63,196 bases of DNA, filler included, from Welwitschia mirabilis (GCA_051453625.1; 5 parts of one record of this genome joined end to end with filler, not necessarily neighbours in it); one strand, 5' to 3'; numbered from the whole stretch's first letter, positions 27,435 to 39,642 are shown. Translations and numbers: made by a program. Notes: a model not told the origin generated them from the sequence alone.

Positions 27435-28699
27435 TATTCGTGGTGAGTTTAGCTATGCTAGTATGAGTGTATATATTATAAGTTCAAGTAAGATCATCCT
27501 AACAATACAAACCATGCATAACCAAACCAAACTTTTATCAAGTAAAACTAGGACTTTTCTTTATAGTATAATTTCAATGTCATTCTTCCCAAGAGATTGA
27601 TTATAGTAAACAAAATAGTAAAACATGTATTAAATGAATTTCTATAAGTATCACAAAGTGATTTAGTATTGTAAGAGAGAGTGTGTGTATTGTTGATTTG
27701 TAATTTGTGCTAGGAATGAGGCATAGCATTAACCATCTAGCATGATTATAATAATAATAACAAAAATATTAATAATAACATATTTTCTCTATAGTTGATT
27801 TAGAGAAATCATGTTAAGCATTCATTAAAGGTCAACCATGGTAACATAATCTCATTTACCACATAAGTGTTTGTAAAGACTCCAAGTCACCTTAGCTCTT
27901 ATAGCCCACTTGATAAGCATGAAAAGTAGGAATTAATCCCAAAGAACATCAAATAATAGTAACTATAGACTAAGATTAACACATGAAGAATCACTCAAAA
28001 TTACAAAAACATTTAATATACTTCAATACAAATCAAGCATCACAAGTGTAGAAAAACATGCACACTTGAAATCAAAAAAATGGATTAAAGAAATTTCAGT
28101 GCTTTATTACAAGAATAGAGAAAAATCTACATGAATGAAAAATTCAAGCCATAGCCTGCTATGTCATTCTAACCTTTAAGGCTAGCTCATCCTTAAATAA
28201 AAGAACTTAGAAACCAAACATGTCCAGATCTCCTCTTAATTTTAAAATATTGCTTATAGATTGAATATACTAAAAGACAACTAAAAATAAGGTCTAATGA
28301 CCCTTTTATAACCTAAAAATTATGTTTAGAGTCATGATTTTAAAAATTTACATAATTTTCAGCCTCTTTAGATTGGTTTACCAACTACGTCAAAAATCTA
28401 AAATTTGGCAAGAGTTTTTGAACACGAAGAAGATTTCTTATTTATCTAGATGATCAATGTCATCATCAGATATAGTAGATACCATCAACTTTCTTTTGCA
28501 TCTCAAGTTTAGCTTCTATTTCATGTTCTTATGTCTTGTTAAAGACTTGAAAAGTTAAGTGGTAAAGGTAGAATGTTAGTTTCATAAGAGTTTAATAACA
28601 TAGATCAAGATAAATCCATAAAATTATGAAAATTAGAATTTGATTATGCTAAACTAACCTTTATTAATTTAAATAAATGTTAATTTTTACATGTTAATA
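27435..28699 (-). repeat. 5' LTR of the autonomous Athila-type element
   Basis: Adjacent to the PBS. The minus strand starts TATTAACATGTAAAAATTAACATTT, the family terminus with TG decayed to TA. Confidence 0.65.
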
Positions 28700-29434
28700 T
28701 GTTTTACCCTTAGTCAAGGTCTTTAGCTTCCTCATTCCATAGGAAGACACCCTCTAACCACCTTCTCCATTCAGAATCCATTCTCAACCTTATTTTCTCT
28801 CCTTCTTCATTAATTCTTCCCCTTTATATTTTCTTACTACCTTTTCTTTACATCCCATTTTTGTGTCCTTCTTATTTTTCCTAGACTTCCTAATTCTACA
28901 TCCTGGACATAGGATTCTTGCTCTAAGTTCTTTTTGTAGCTCTAATCAGATAGCTCTTAGGTTTAAGTGGCTCATAAAAGAAGAATTAGATGATGACATT
29001 GAATAATGTGGATATTAAGTTTATATCTCCAAAATTAGATGATAGGCTAACTCAAAACCTTAAATACTCTAGATTCCTCCTTTTTCATGTCATGAAGACC
29101 ATGATTCTACCCTCTTTTTCTCATTTCCCCTATCCTTTTCTCTTTTCTCTAATTTTTTTTATTCTTCCCCTTTTTCTCCTTCTCTCCTTTTTCTCATAAC
29201 CCATCCACTCAGATTTCATGACTAAGGTATAGAATTGATATCAATTCCATGCCCAATGTGTGGATTTCTAAAATCCTTCTTCTTCACCTTCTTTTGGTTT
29301 TTCATTTCACTTCTCCTCTATATAATCTAGTCTCTTTAGTCTTCTATATACCATCTCTCTAGTTAGTATCCCTATGAGCTATTTCATTCCTAGAGACATG
29401 GTCCTTAAAGAAGACTATTGTTTTTTAACTCTCT

Positions 29435-30971
29435 CACTATAAGAAATATAGGCTTTAAGGCATTTGTTTTAATAAATGCCTTAAGTATAAAGCTTTTTAA
29501 GGCATTTATTTTAATAAAAGACTTGAAAAGAAAATAATGGTAACCTTTTTATTGTTTAAATAAATATCTTAAAAGCCATTTTCAATTGTTTTTAAGGCAT
29601 TTATTAAAAAAATCCTTAAAAATAAGGCATTTATCCCCACCAAATACCTCATATATTTTGGTTTTTAAGGCATTTAAAAAATAAATGACTTAAAATTCTA
29701 CTTAAAAAGGAAAAATTAAAAATAAAATACCTTGCACATATTTTGTTAAAACACAAAAAAAAGGGCAAAGTTCATTTGCTTCTCATTCAAACCCTTGAAC
29801 CACTGCTTGCCGCTTGCTGATCACTCACTGTTGGTTTCCTTTCTACTAATTCACTGTTCTTCATTTGCCACTTGCCTGTATTTTACTCAATCCTATGTTT
29901 GCTGTTATTACTCTTATGGAATCCCGGACATGTATTGGTTTCTAGTAGTACACTCTAGTGCTTTAGCTTTTGCTTGATGAATGCTTTTTTATGCGTCACT
30001 TCATTTGTTGCTCCCTTGATGTTCATGCTTTAAAAATGTCTTTTCAAGATTACTCTCAAATCTTCAAGTCCTCTCTCTTATTTGTGTAACTTCACAGTAA
30101 TATTTATAAATGAAACATGCTCTTTTGATTTTCAGAAAATGCATTTTTAAGGACCTAGCTCAAATCTTGAAATTTTAACATGTCGTGAACAGATTTGAAT
30201 GCTTTTATTTTATTGTCATTGTACGATTTTACAATACCTACAAAGTTTGTTGATGGTGAAGAAGTAGATTATGAGTTGTTTCTCATGGCTTGAATTCAAT
30301 AAGCCTTGCTCAAAACTACGATGATCAATTCTTCTTTAAAGTTTTTGCATTTCGTAATCTTCATCTCATGGATTTCAAGTTTTGTTTCATTTATAATGTT
30401 CAAACATGAACATCCAAGGCCTAATGATCCTTTTGAAACTATCTGTTCTAAAAGCTTAAGCACTATACATCTACAATATAAACAAAAAAGATAGACATTA
30501 ATATTTTTCCCCTTGAACAATAGATTGATGTCAAAAATACAAAGGAAAAACAATGATTAAGACTAAAGTAAAATAGATCACAAAATCATTCATTGCCTCT
30601 AGAGCTTTGATAAGCATGTCCAGCTTACCCTTATTAATCTTTTTACAAAACCACGTCTTGTCAAGGATTTTCATCAATAAGCACTCACACATTAGCTTAT
30701 CCATGTAAGGGTTGGATGCCATTTAAAACCCTACTTAAGGGAATTCCAATTTTTTGAAAAGATGAGGCTTTAATTCCAGGTTATGAAGCAATTAATCTCT
30801 TGACCAATGAACACCTTTTTATTCTAGGTGATGCATATATAAAAGCAAATTAAGATCAAAAGAAGCTTTTAATTTTCCTTTTATTAATATTTACTAGTCC
30901 TCTCTAAGGATAAGAGAAGGATTTGAGTGAGTGAAAAACGGATGACATGTTGGTCTATAAAACTTGAAAAT
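29435..30971. mobile_element. CACTA (En/Spm) DNA transposon end with subterminal repeats; other end not seen before the scaffold join
   Basis: CACTATAAGAAA at 29435 (cf. CACTACAAGAAA TIR) is followed by about a dozen direct and inverted copies of TAAGGCATTT/AAATGCCTTA up to ~29735. The right boundary is uncertain. Confidence 0.75.
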
Positions 30972-31071
30972 NNNNNNNNNNNNNNNNNNNNNNNNNNNNN
31001 NNNNNNNNNNNNNNNTTAATTAATTAANNNNNNNNNNNNNNNNNNNNNNNNNNNNNNNNNNNNNNNNNNNN
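30972..31071. other. Artificial assembly spacer (44 N + TTAATTAATTAA + 44 N); identical spacers at 42356-42455, 54034-54133 and 59979-60078
   Basis: The same 100-nt layout occurs four times. The 12-mer is a six-frame stop linker. Confidence 0.95.
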
Positions 31072-33667
31072 AAATTAATATCAAAATGTTTTACATAGTT
31101 TAGAAATCCTATTAATTAAAGCTTACAAAATGTGGGTTATAACAGTTTGCCTTTTAGGTTAGTTTTTACTAAGATTGTTGAGTGGTCAGGCTAAGTTTAT
31201 TTGGAATTGCAACCAACCTCTTTTGCCTCACAACTCAACCAAAGCAATTTTTTTAAATTTTAAACAAATGCTATTAGTGATAATTTTCTCTCTCTACAAG
31301 GGCATACTCCTTGAATGATTAGTTAATTCATAATAACTTTGTTGATCATACACATCCTTTAATTGACATTTAACACATTTGACTCATAATAAGGAGATAA
31401 TAATTCACTAAGACTTCTTCATTAAATAAACTTTATATTTAGTTAACTACCTCTAGATGGCATGTTTTGTAAGATGTGATTATTTCTTTTTCCTTGCCTT
31501 CCTTATTAAAGCTTATTCATTTGACACTCCTCTTGCTTCTACCCACCTCCTACTTTGAATAGTTCCTCATCTTCTTTGTCCCCTTATGAGGTCTTCCTCT
31601 ATCCCTCCAATATCTCCCAATGTTGTTAGTTTTTATCGTTTCCAACTTCTTACCACATCATTTCCTTTACTTCCATCTTCTATTTGAAAATATCTAATAT
31701 GATGTAATTATCTAAATATTTATGAAATTTTGTCTAGAATTATAGAAGAAAAATAAAGAATCTCAGTCTCCTAGCTTGGAGGCCCTCTTAAAAGGTGGTA
31801 CATATTATTTGGGAGGATGTACTTGATCTAAAGAATTTTATTTCTATTCCCTCTCATTTTATGTTAGATGCAATGATGGATAAAGAATGCAGCTTCAAGA
31901 TCATGAGAGTCAGGAAGTGTCACTTCATGTTCATGACTACTAGTGATCAATTTCACANNNNNNNNNNNNNNNNNNNNNNNNNNNNNNNNNNNNNNNNNNN
32001 NNNNNNNNNNNNNNNNNNNNNNNNNNNNNNNNNNNNNNNNNNNNNNNNNNNNNNNNNNNNNNNNNNNNNNNNNNNNNNNNNNNNNNNNNNNNNNNNNNNN
32101 NNNNNNNNNNNNNNNNNNNNNNNNNNNNNNNNNNNNNNNNNNNNATTGACTAATTTATTATGATAGAATTAATTAGTAATAAATTGTAGCATGGGTTTAG
32201 ATGCTATATTGAGTACCTATCCCAACCCCTAATACTAAATGCAAAAATCAAAAGTGGTGGTACTACTATACATCTTTACGCTTGTCCTTCACTTTGTTTA
32301 TTTGTTAACTTAAAAAAACTTCCTTTCGAGAAGATGAATAAAAACACAAATCATATAAACAATTTTTGAAAATGAAGTGAAACAAATAAAAAGGCCCTAA
32401 TGAGGCTTAGCAATTACCTAAAATAAAAAGGAAAGAATATAAGCCAATGACACTCATAAAAAAATTACTACAGAAATTCTCGACAGCTTACCATGGTTTC
32501 TTAAGATTGCAAATACAAATTTAACATACATATGCAATTTATTTGACAAGTATAGTTAAGCATAAAACATATTTTTAAAACCTATTCAAACATAACGAAA
32601 CATAATCTTTAAGTTTTATTTTTTCTTTTCAAAATAATTATTATATTTTTTAATTGTTAACTTATTTTAAAAAAATAAATATGGAGCAAGTTAGAAAATT
32701 TAACCTTTACATTATACTTTCCAAATGTTAAAAGTTTAACGTTCTACTTTAAATTTATAATCAAAATTCTAAAGTGGTATGAGCATTTAAAAGGCAAACC
32801 ATTACAAATTTCTCTTCAAATTGTTCCATGGGATTTTGTAGCCTATCATAAAAAGTGATTTTCTCTTTCACTTTTTCCTTTAACAAGCAAAGGTATGTTC
32901 TGTCATATCTCATTTAAATCCATGTGTTGATTCATTCGAGCACTTTAGGAACTTTAAGAAGTTTTTTGCTTGAGAATATTTCATTTGTTTTCTTTAGTCA
33001 AGTGATATGACAATTTGCATAACTTTATGGAAATCTTTCAAAGCCTTTCACTATGCTGATTACAAAAAATAAATACAAAATGCCTGCTCACTCTTTGGAT
33101 TCTCTGAGGCATGAGAACATTCCAAAGACATGCCAACGATGGTTGCATTGAAACATTCCAAAATCATTCCCAAGGTGATTGCTTAAGCCCTTCTTCAAAA
33201 AGATGAGGCCATGAGCAATGAGATACAAACAAGACTAGACCTAAAAAGAAAGGGTGGTGGGGTATCAAGTATGATTTTACACCTCAACCAACCTTTTTCT
33301 TTATGACTCCCTATTTTTTTTTCCAATAGTTTTTCTCTTTAGTCTTGTTGGAAACATCCTAACCATAAAACAGAGTGATTATGGTTTTGATTCTTTGAAA
33401 AAGTCTTTCAATTGATTTTTTTTTAGTGGTTTTTCCCAATCCACAAGGAGGACAAGGGGCAGGCATCAAATGATGAATGAATGTTGGTATGGGACAAAGT
33501 ACAAACAAATACCAACAACATCAAAGCCAAGGCACCTCCAATTCCCAATGTACAGTATCACTAACTTTGTTCACAATAATGACAGGTTACAAATCCACCT
33601 GAAAACCCAAAACACAGAGAAATCAGTAAAGAAGCATAGCCCGTTACGGATTTTACACGTCAGTCCC

Positions 33668-34851
33668 CTATAGAAGAGATCTCAAGTTGCAGACGAGTTG
33701 AGTAATGGGAGGCCGAGACAGAGGATCCTCACTCATGCACTGAGCTGCGAGTGTGCCCAATTCTTGGGCCTCCCTTTCATCAAACTGGCCTCTGAGTCTC
33801 TCATCGACTATCCCCAGACACTTGTCTGGATCTCTCAGGAAAGGACCCACAAACGCAGACAGGAGCTTAGGGTTTCTGTCGTCACTGAAGGCCTCCAGAG
33901 CCGTGAGCATTTCAGCGAGAAGCACGCCAAAGGAGTAGATGTCTCCGCTCTTGCTGGGCGTTCCGGTTTTGAAATAAAACGGATCCAGGTACCCCGGCGA
34001 GCCCATCACATGCATCCCTCCATGGCTTCTTTTTTCTTCTTCCTTCTCCTCCTCCTCTGAGTTTTCAGTTGCAGACGACCCAAAATCACACAGCCGGGCG
34101 TTCAATTCCTCGTCCAAAAGAACGTTTGATGATTTCAGGTCGCGGTGGATCAACGGAGGGTCGCATGTTTCGTGTAAGTATTCCAATGCAGAGGCGATCT
34201 GGACTGCAATCAGTTTTCTCTGTTTCCAGGAGAGAACCTTCCTCTTCTTTTTCTTATTCGGAGTCCCCTTTCTGCTCTGGTTTTGGAGATTTTCATACAG
34301 GGAGCCGTTTGAGAAGTGCTCCAGAACCAGCATTCTCGCATCTGCAATGACCCACAGGAAATCGTGCAAACAAACAAAAGCCCAAAAAATCATGCGAACT
34401 CACAGGAAACCTGAAAACCCATAAAACACAAGAAGAAATCCTGCAAATCCAGACAACCCACAAGAAAACAGAAAGCGAATCCACAGAGAATTGAGTTACC
34501 TGAATCTGCGTAGAACGCCAGGAGCGAAACGCTATTGGGATGCGAGAGGCGAGAGAGAGCCTGAAACTCTCTCTTGAACTCCGTTCTGGCCCTCTTGCTT
34601 CTGTGTTCTATCACTTTGACGACGCAGGGCCTTCCGTCTGTCCAGAGTCCCATGTACACCGTGCTGAATCCTCCTCTTCCAATCTCCAACTCGAAGTCCT
34701 TTGTAATCTTCTTTATTTCTTCCCTTGACAGAGAATGCTCTTTTCCACTCGTTCCTTCCCTGTCTCTGCTGCTACTCTTACTGTTTCTCTCACTGCTCTC
34801 ACTCGAGACAGCAGAGAATTTCCAACACACACAGTATTTTCTGAGAGACAT
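33668..34851 (-). CDS. Receptor-like cytoplasmic Ser/Thr protein kinase, At1g33260/At4g10390/rice STRK1-like; 2 exons (34851-34500, 34341-33668), 341 aa
   Basis: Exon 1 has IGRGGFSTVY, VVKV and EF..LSRLSHPN. A phase-1 GT-AG intron at 34342-34499 (TCAG|GTAACT...TTGCAG|AT) joins the frames as YADS-D-ARMLVLE. Exon 2 has HRDLKSSNVLL, CDFGS, MGSPGYLDP, DIYSFGVLL and RP. No signal peptide or TM segment. The subfamily assignment rests on recalled CDFGS/GSPGY.DP signatures. Confidence 0.93.
34342..34499 (-). other. Spliceosomal intron of the kinase gene (158 nt)
   Basis: GT donor at 34499, T-rich body, TGCAG acceptor ending at 34342. Removal gives a continuous kinase domain. Confidence 0.9.
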
Positions 34852-37013
34852 CGGAAAAGCACTTACAAAACTGACATCAGCTCTCCATGGAGGAGGAAAT
34901 CAGGGGAGCAGTCGGCCATCCACTTGCAGTGAAGCCAGAAATGGGAGGGAGATTGAACAACAAAATGACCAAAAAGAAAGAAGAGGAAGAAAGATTAAGT
35001 TGTTGTTACAGATAATAATATAAGAGGAAGAAGCAAGACAGGGATTTAGGAAAATGGGAGGATTGGATTTGCAGGAAAACATAATACCACACTATGATCA
35101 CCTTGTCTTGAGTTTTATGGATGGTTGGTTGTTGAGGGGTCATTTTATTTCTACCAATTTCCTTAATTTTTTTAATACATTACACAAGGGTGCAAACTTA
35201 TTATATTTCATATGAAAAATGTGACTTATTCCATGTTTCTTATTATAGTTTTTATTGGCCATGGAGCAAGTCTTTGTAGTTAGGGGGTACTTGGGTAGTA
35301 AGCAACAATGAAGTTGTGAGGACCCATGATGGGAATTTAATTGGGGCAAGGCACCAACCCACCGCTCTTTATAACTCCCATCACCTCCTAATTTATGTCA
35401 CCGACATGTTTTCGTCCAAAATTAGCTTAGGAAGGACTTTAGGAGTAGTGGGTTGTGGGTGGTTTTCTAACTTTATATTTCTATATTTGTTTGCTTTGAC
35501 CTTGACCAATTCCCCTTCTCTAAAGTTTTTGTGGGTTTGCTTTCAACTTGATGATCTGCAAGTGGAATCTTCTTAATTGAACATCACCTTGGTGAGCTCT
35601 TTTGGGTGGTCTTTGGAAAGCCATTGGCTAACATGTGCTTCCTGGGGAATACCAAAAATTTCTTGTTATGCAAATGGAATGATGAGAGGCAACTACTTGT
35701 TGCCTTGGACTGTGACATCCCTTCTCATGGGGAGGGGAAGGCTCTCCATATTGCCATGTGTGTTGCTACCATTATTGGGTGTCTAGAACTTTTGAATGAG
35801 TATTCCTTGAAGCATTCAAACAAAGGCCTTTTTTAACTTGTACTTGGGAATGGTGATCACTCTTTCTTTTTCCTAGCTTTTGATGTTGGAAGTATTATGG
35901 CATGCACATGATGGTAGGGTGGTCACTAGCTATGTCATTCAATTCAACCCACAACATTTATACATCATTGTTAAATGCCTTGGAAACTGTAATGTTTTTG
36001 CTTCTGTTTGTGTTGTCTTTGTTAGAAAGGGGAAAAAAATCTAAAAAAGAAATAAGTTGAAAATCACAAACTTTGTGCTTTTGTTGACCTATCATGCCAT
36101 GAAAACAAGGGATGGTTTGATTCCTTACTTAACATCTTACCAATCTAGAGGGGGTATGTTCATTTCTTAGAAGGGTTCTTAATAATGATAGGTTGCGTCG
36201 CAATAAATAATATGTTCATATGTACTTAAATAATCATTTATGTTATGCAATCATGCATAAAATACGTGATCAATATTGCTATTGTTTGGTAAATATAGTA
36301 TTTGAAAGGATTAAACTATGAATAGGGAAAAAGCTTGAAAATTCTTTAGAAAGTTCTATGCTATACTAAATGTTGAATGATGAGCCTTTACATGTGATGA
36401 TAGGCCAAAGTTCATGTCTCCTTACATAATTAGGTCTAAGTTGAAATATGTAATGAAGTATACATTCCCAAAACATGATGTGAATTATTTAGCTTATTAG
36501 TAAGCTCCAACATGTTAGGTGTAACCAATAAGTTCCATTCTTTAGGTTTGATACAACCTTTTTTTATGTTGGACAAATTTATAAAATAAAATTGAATGAG
36601 TTAAATTCTTTAACTATGAAGTTAATAACATGGTGAAAATGTAGAAGAGATGTATGCCATAAATGTAATCACAGATAAAAAGGATTAACTACTTCACCAT
36701 ATACATTTACAAAGCCAAATATATTCATATTGGAGGATGTCATACTCTACATACTTAGTAATTGTACCTTCTCTCAAAAATATAATCCCGACTAATCACT
36801 CAAATGAAGGATCTAACAAGATCCTCATAGTGTGTTAATGAAGTGGTAGTTCAAGTACTGTAACACTTGTTTTCCATTTAGTAGGTTTTTAACATTTAAA
36901 TGCCCTACTTCACATATTATGAGGGTTTGGTCATACTTGGATTGTTCCTTTGGGTAATCATGTTGGTTTTACTTCCATTGGGAAATACAATCACTAAATG
37001 TTTTGAGTTTGAC

Positions 37014-37116
37014 ATCCCCCCCATGCATTGTGCCAGGTAGGGCATTCTAAGATTTAAACCCATGACCTCTCAAATGGAGAAAACATGCCCAGCTGTTAGG
37101 CTACCACCTCATTCGC
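37014..37116 (-). repeat. Short tRNA-related (SINE-like or TRIM-internal-like) fragment
   Basis: The minus strand has an A-box-like TAGCCTAACAGCTGG and a decayed B-box GGGTTTAAATC (cf. GGTTCGAATC), and ends GGGGGGATGT. No clear cloverleaf or TSD. Confidence 0.35.
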
Positions 37117-37589
37117 TAAAGACATTTATATTGAGTGTGAAATACTGTTAAAAAAATATTGCAAATATTAAGTATGTTAAACTCGAAATAATCCTATTAA
37201 GAGAATTATTAAAAAAAAGGAGAGGAGTTGACAATTCTTTTCTTATGGTAGGGATATTGAGAATTTAACCTCTAAAAATAGGAAGAAGGTCAATGTTATT
37301 AGTACATTAAATTATTTATATCCACAATAAGTTAGGTAAACAAATTCAATTCAAAAGATAGATTAGAATAATTTATGTTAGACTTAAATCGCACAACAAA
37401 AAGGTTTCTTTTATATTTAGATTTTTGTTATTCTTCTTTAAGAGACTATATTCTACACAATAGATAAGGCCTTTCATGACACTATTCATTTCAATACAAT
37501 AGGTAAGGCCTTTCATGACATTACCCATTTCAATACCTAAGTACAAGTATTTGTAATTTATCTCAACTAAGAAACATCTTTATCTATAG

Positions 37590-39640
37590 AGATCTCAATG
37601 CTAAAGTTTCTTACAAATAGGATCGAATTATCAAATAGGACTTGCAAGCATCCTTACATTGTGAAATAAATATTAAATGGAATAAAGATCCTCAAAATAA
37701 AGTTTTGAATTATAGAGGAAAACATTGCAAGAATGGGAATAAGAATTAGACCTTTTAGTTTTAAATGGAATCAAAAAAGTTTCAAACTCCCATGCGTTTA
37801 CTTTTAGAGGCCCTCAATGCTCAAGTATTAATTTTTTAATCACTAATCTTGAGAGTCTTCCAAATAATTAGCATTTTAAAGTGGGGGAAGATTTAATGGA
37901 ATCTTTCCATCAACTTCTGCATTTTATCATTTCAATAAATTTTCATTCTTTCTAGTGTAGAAAAATGGAATGCTTCGACAATGCTTTTTAGATTTTACTG
38001 CTACTTGACATGTATCTAAGGAATAGAGTATGTGAAAAAAAACAATGGTTTAATGATAAATGTAAAGAAGCAAGGATGCATTTTAAATGCCACATAAATT
38101 CAATAGGAAAAATAAGATTCTATAACAATTTGATTTTTCAATAAAAAGAGATAATTTACTGGAAAAAGGTTGTCAAAATTGCTTCATCTACTTTAAAAAA
38201 AACTAAGAAATTTTTAGAAGTTTCTTTGAAGTGAATAAAATATAAAATATATTTTTCCTTTCCAAAATATCTAGAATTTTTATTAAGAGTTATTTAGAGG
38301 TAATAATGAAAGAAAACTTCTTTCAAATACTAATAGTAAATTATCCACTTCACTTGAGGAAATTGTGAAGCAAACGTAGCCTAGATTTACAGAAGGTGTT
38401 AAATGCAAAATAATTATATAAGAAAATATTAAAGCATGTAGGATCTCTTTTGGAAAGTAATATAGAGGAAAAAAAATTCAATCATGTATGAGAATTTAGA
38501 TTAGACAAAGAATGGTGTATTAACAAGGTTATTACATTGTTTAAGAAGGGAAATAGATTATTCTTAAAGCACTACAAACTTATTGCTGATAATAGTATTT
38601 TTGTAAATCTCTTGGGGACTCTCCTTAAAGAAAATATAGATAGATGAACACGAAGGAATAAACTTTAAAAGAAAGCTTCGGATAATGTCATTTTATAATA
38701 CATTATCTTATCGTATAACTTTGAAGGAACATATTAGTAAAGATAAAGATTTGAATAGAAAGATAATCACTTGTTTTTTGGAATCCTTAAAAGCATATGA
38801 TTTTGTTATTAAGAACAAACTTTGAGAATGATTATAAAATCTTTAACAAATTTATTATATCTATAAATTAAAGGCTATATAATAGAGATATATCTAGTGC
38901 ATAAACAATGTTTCTTGGGATAAAATAATGTTTTATAGTTATACTAGTATTAAGGAAGTTTCTCTAGTTTCTCATCTTACTTTTTAGAATTTTTATTACT
39001 GAATTAAAGACTTGAATGACTAAAATATCCCGTAATCATTTTAAACGAGTAGGAAACTACCTTATGATCTCTTGTTCTTTACAGATGATGTTACATTGAT
39101 TCGTAAAATAAAACAAGGCTTATAATATATACTTCACATTTTGGATTTTTTTACACATGATACTAATTTTTCTTTTTAAATAGGAAATGATTAGGCTAAA
39201 CCTATTTCTTTCTATAAATTCTTTTGTTTGGAGTACTCTAATAACTACAGGTGTAATAAATGCATCACTTAGATGGTTATTATAGGTATAACAACATCAT
39301 TTTTCTTACAAAAATAAATCTAAAACAAAGAAAATTTTGCATTGGAGTTTTTGTAGAAATTTTTTTAGGCATTGTTATTCAATTAATAATTTTGTATCAT
39401 TATGTTGTTTAGCATCCTAGATTAGTAGATAAACATGGGAAGGAAATAAAGGAAGTTTAAAAATAAATCCTTATTGAAAGAATTTAAGTTGAAGCACCAA
39501 ATGTAATATGACATTATCTCTTAAACCTAAATTAATATCTTTGGAGATAGAAACTATTTGTCAGTTTGTAGCTTATTCATAGCCTCATAATATCTAATAT
39601 TAACAACATGGTATTTCACACAACTCAAGGAAAAGGTAGG
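37590..39640 (+). mobile_element. Decayed non-LTR retrotransposon (LINE; RTE/RTE-X-like) ORF: endonuclease C-terminus plus reverse transcriptase
   Basis: Plus-strand pieces in the expected order: LDLLVLNG (APE endonuclease), QWFNDKCKEAR (~38043), EWCINKVITLFKKGNR..HYKLI (~38510-38585), CFLESLKAYDFV (~38772-38807), a decayed G.KQG.PLSP.LF, and LFFTDDVTLI (~39072-39101). Many stops. Confidence 0.75.
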
Positions 39641-39642
39641 TT

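Larger units (their letters stand above)
10396..28699 (-). mobile_element. Decayed autonomous Athila-lineage Ty3/gypsy retrotransposon (5' LTR, PBS, gag, PR, RT, RH, IN), interrupted by nested insertions; 3' LTR not seen in window
   Basis: Minus-strand order is LTR 27435-28699, PBS 27411-27432, gag ~25450-26150, protease ~22570-23110, RT/RH ~21000-22100, integrase ~20507-20900 plus 13300-14223. This is gypsy domain order with Athila-type motifs. The left boundary is inferred from the end of the next LTR. Confidence 0.85.

Noticed and set aside
31016-31027. Palindromic TTAATTAATTAA recurring four times (31016, 42400, 54078, 60023)
   Set aside because: It is always centred in exactly 44+44 N, so it is a synthetic six-frame-stop scaffold linker. 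Adjacency across these joins is not guaranteed.
34390-34499. C-terminal tail of ORF 34390-34851 and N-terminal MIFWAFV start of ORF 33668-34393
   Set aside because: Intron read-through; splicing joins the two ORFs into one kinase.
33698-35023. Plus-strand ORFs overlapping the kinase (33698, 34069, 34540, 34574, 34735)
   Set aside because: Antisense shadows of a GC-richer coding region, with no recognisable domains.
35316-35836. Cluster of short ORFs upstream of the kinase
   Set aside because: No recognisable motif in the frames read and no splice structure; cannot be supported as a gene.
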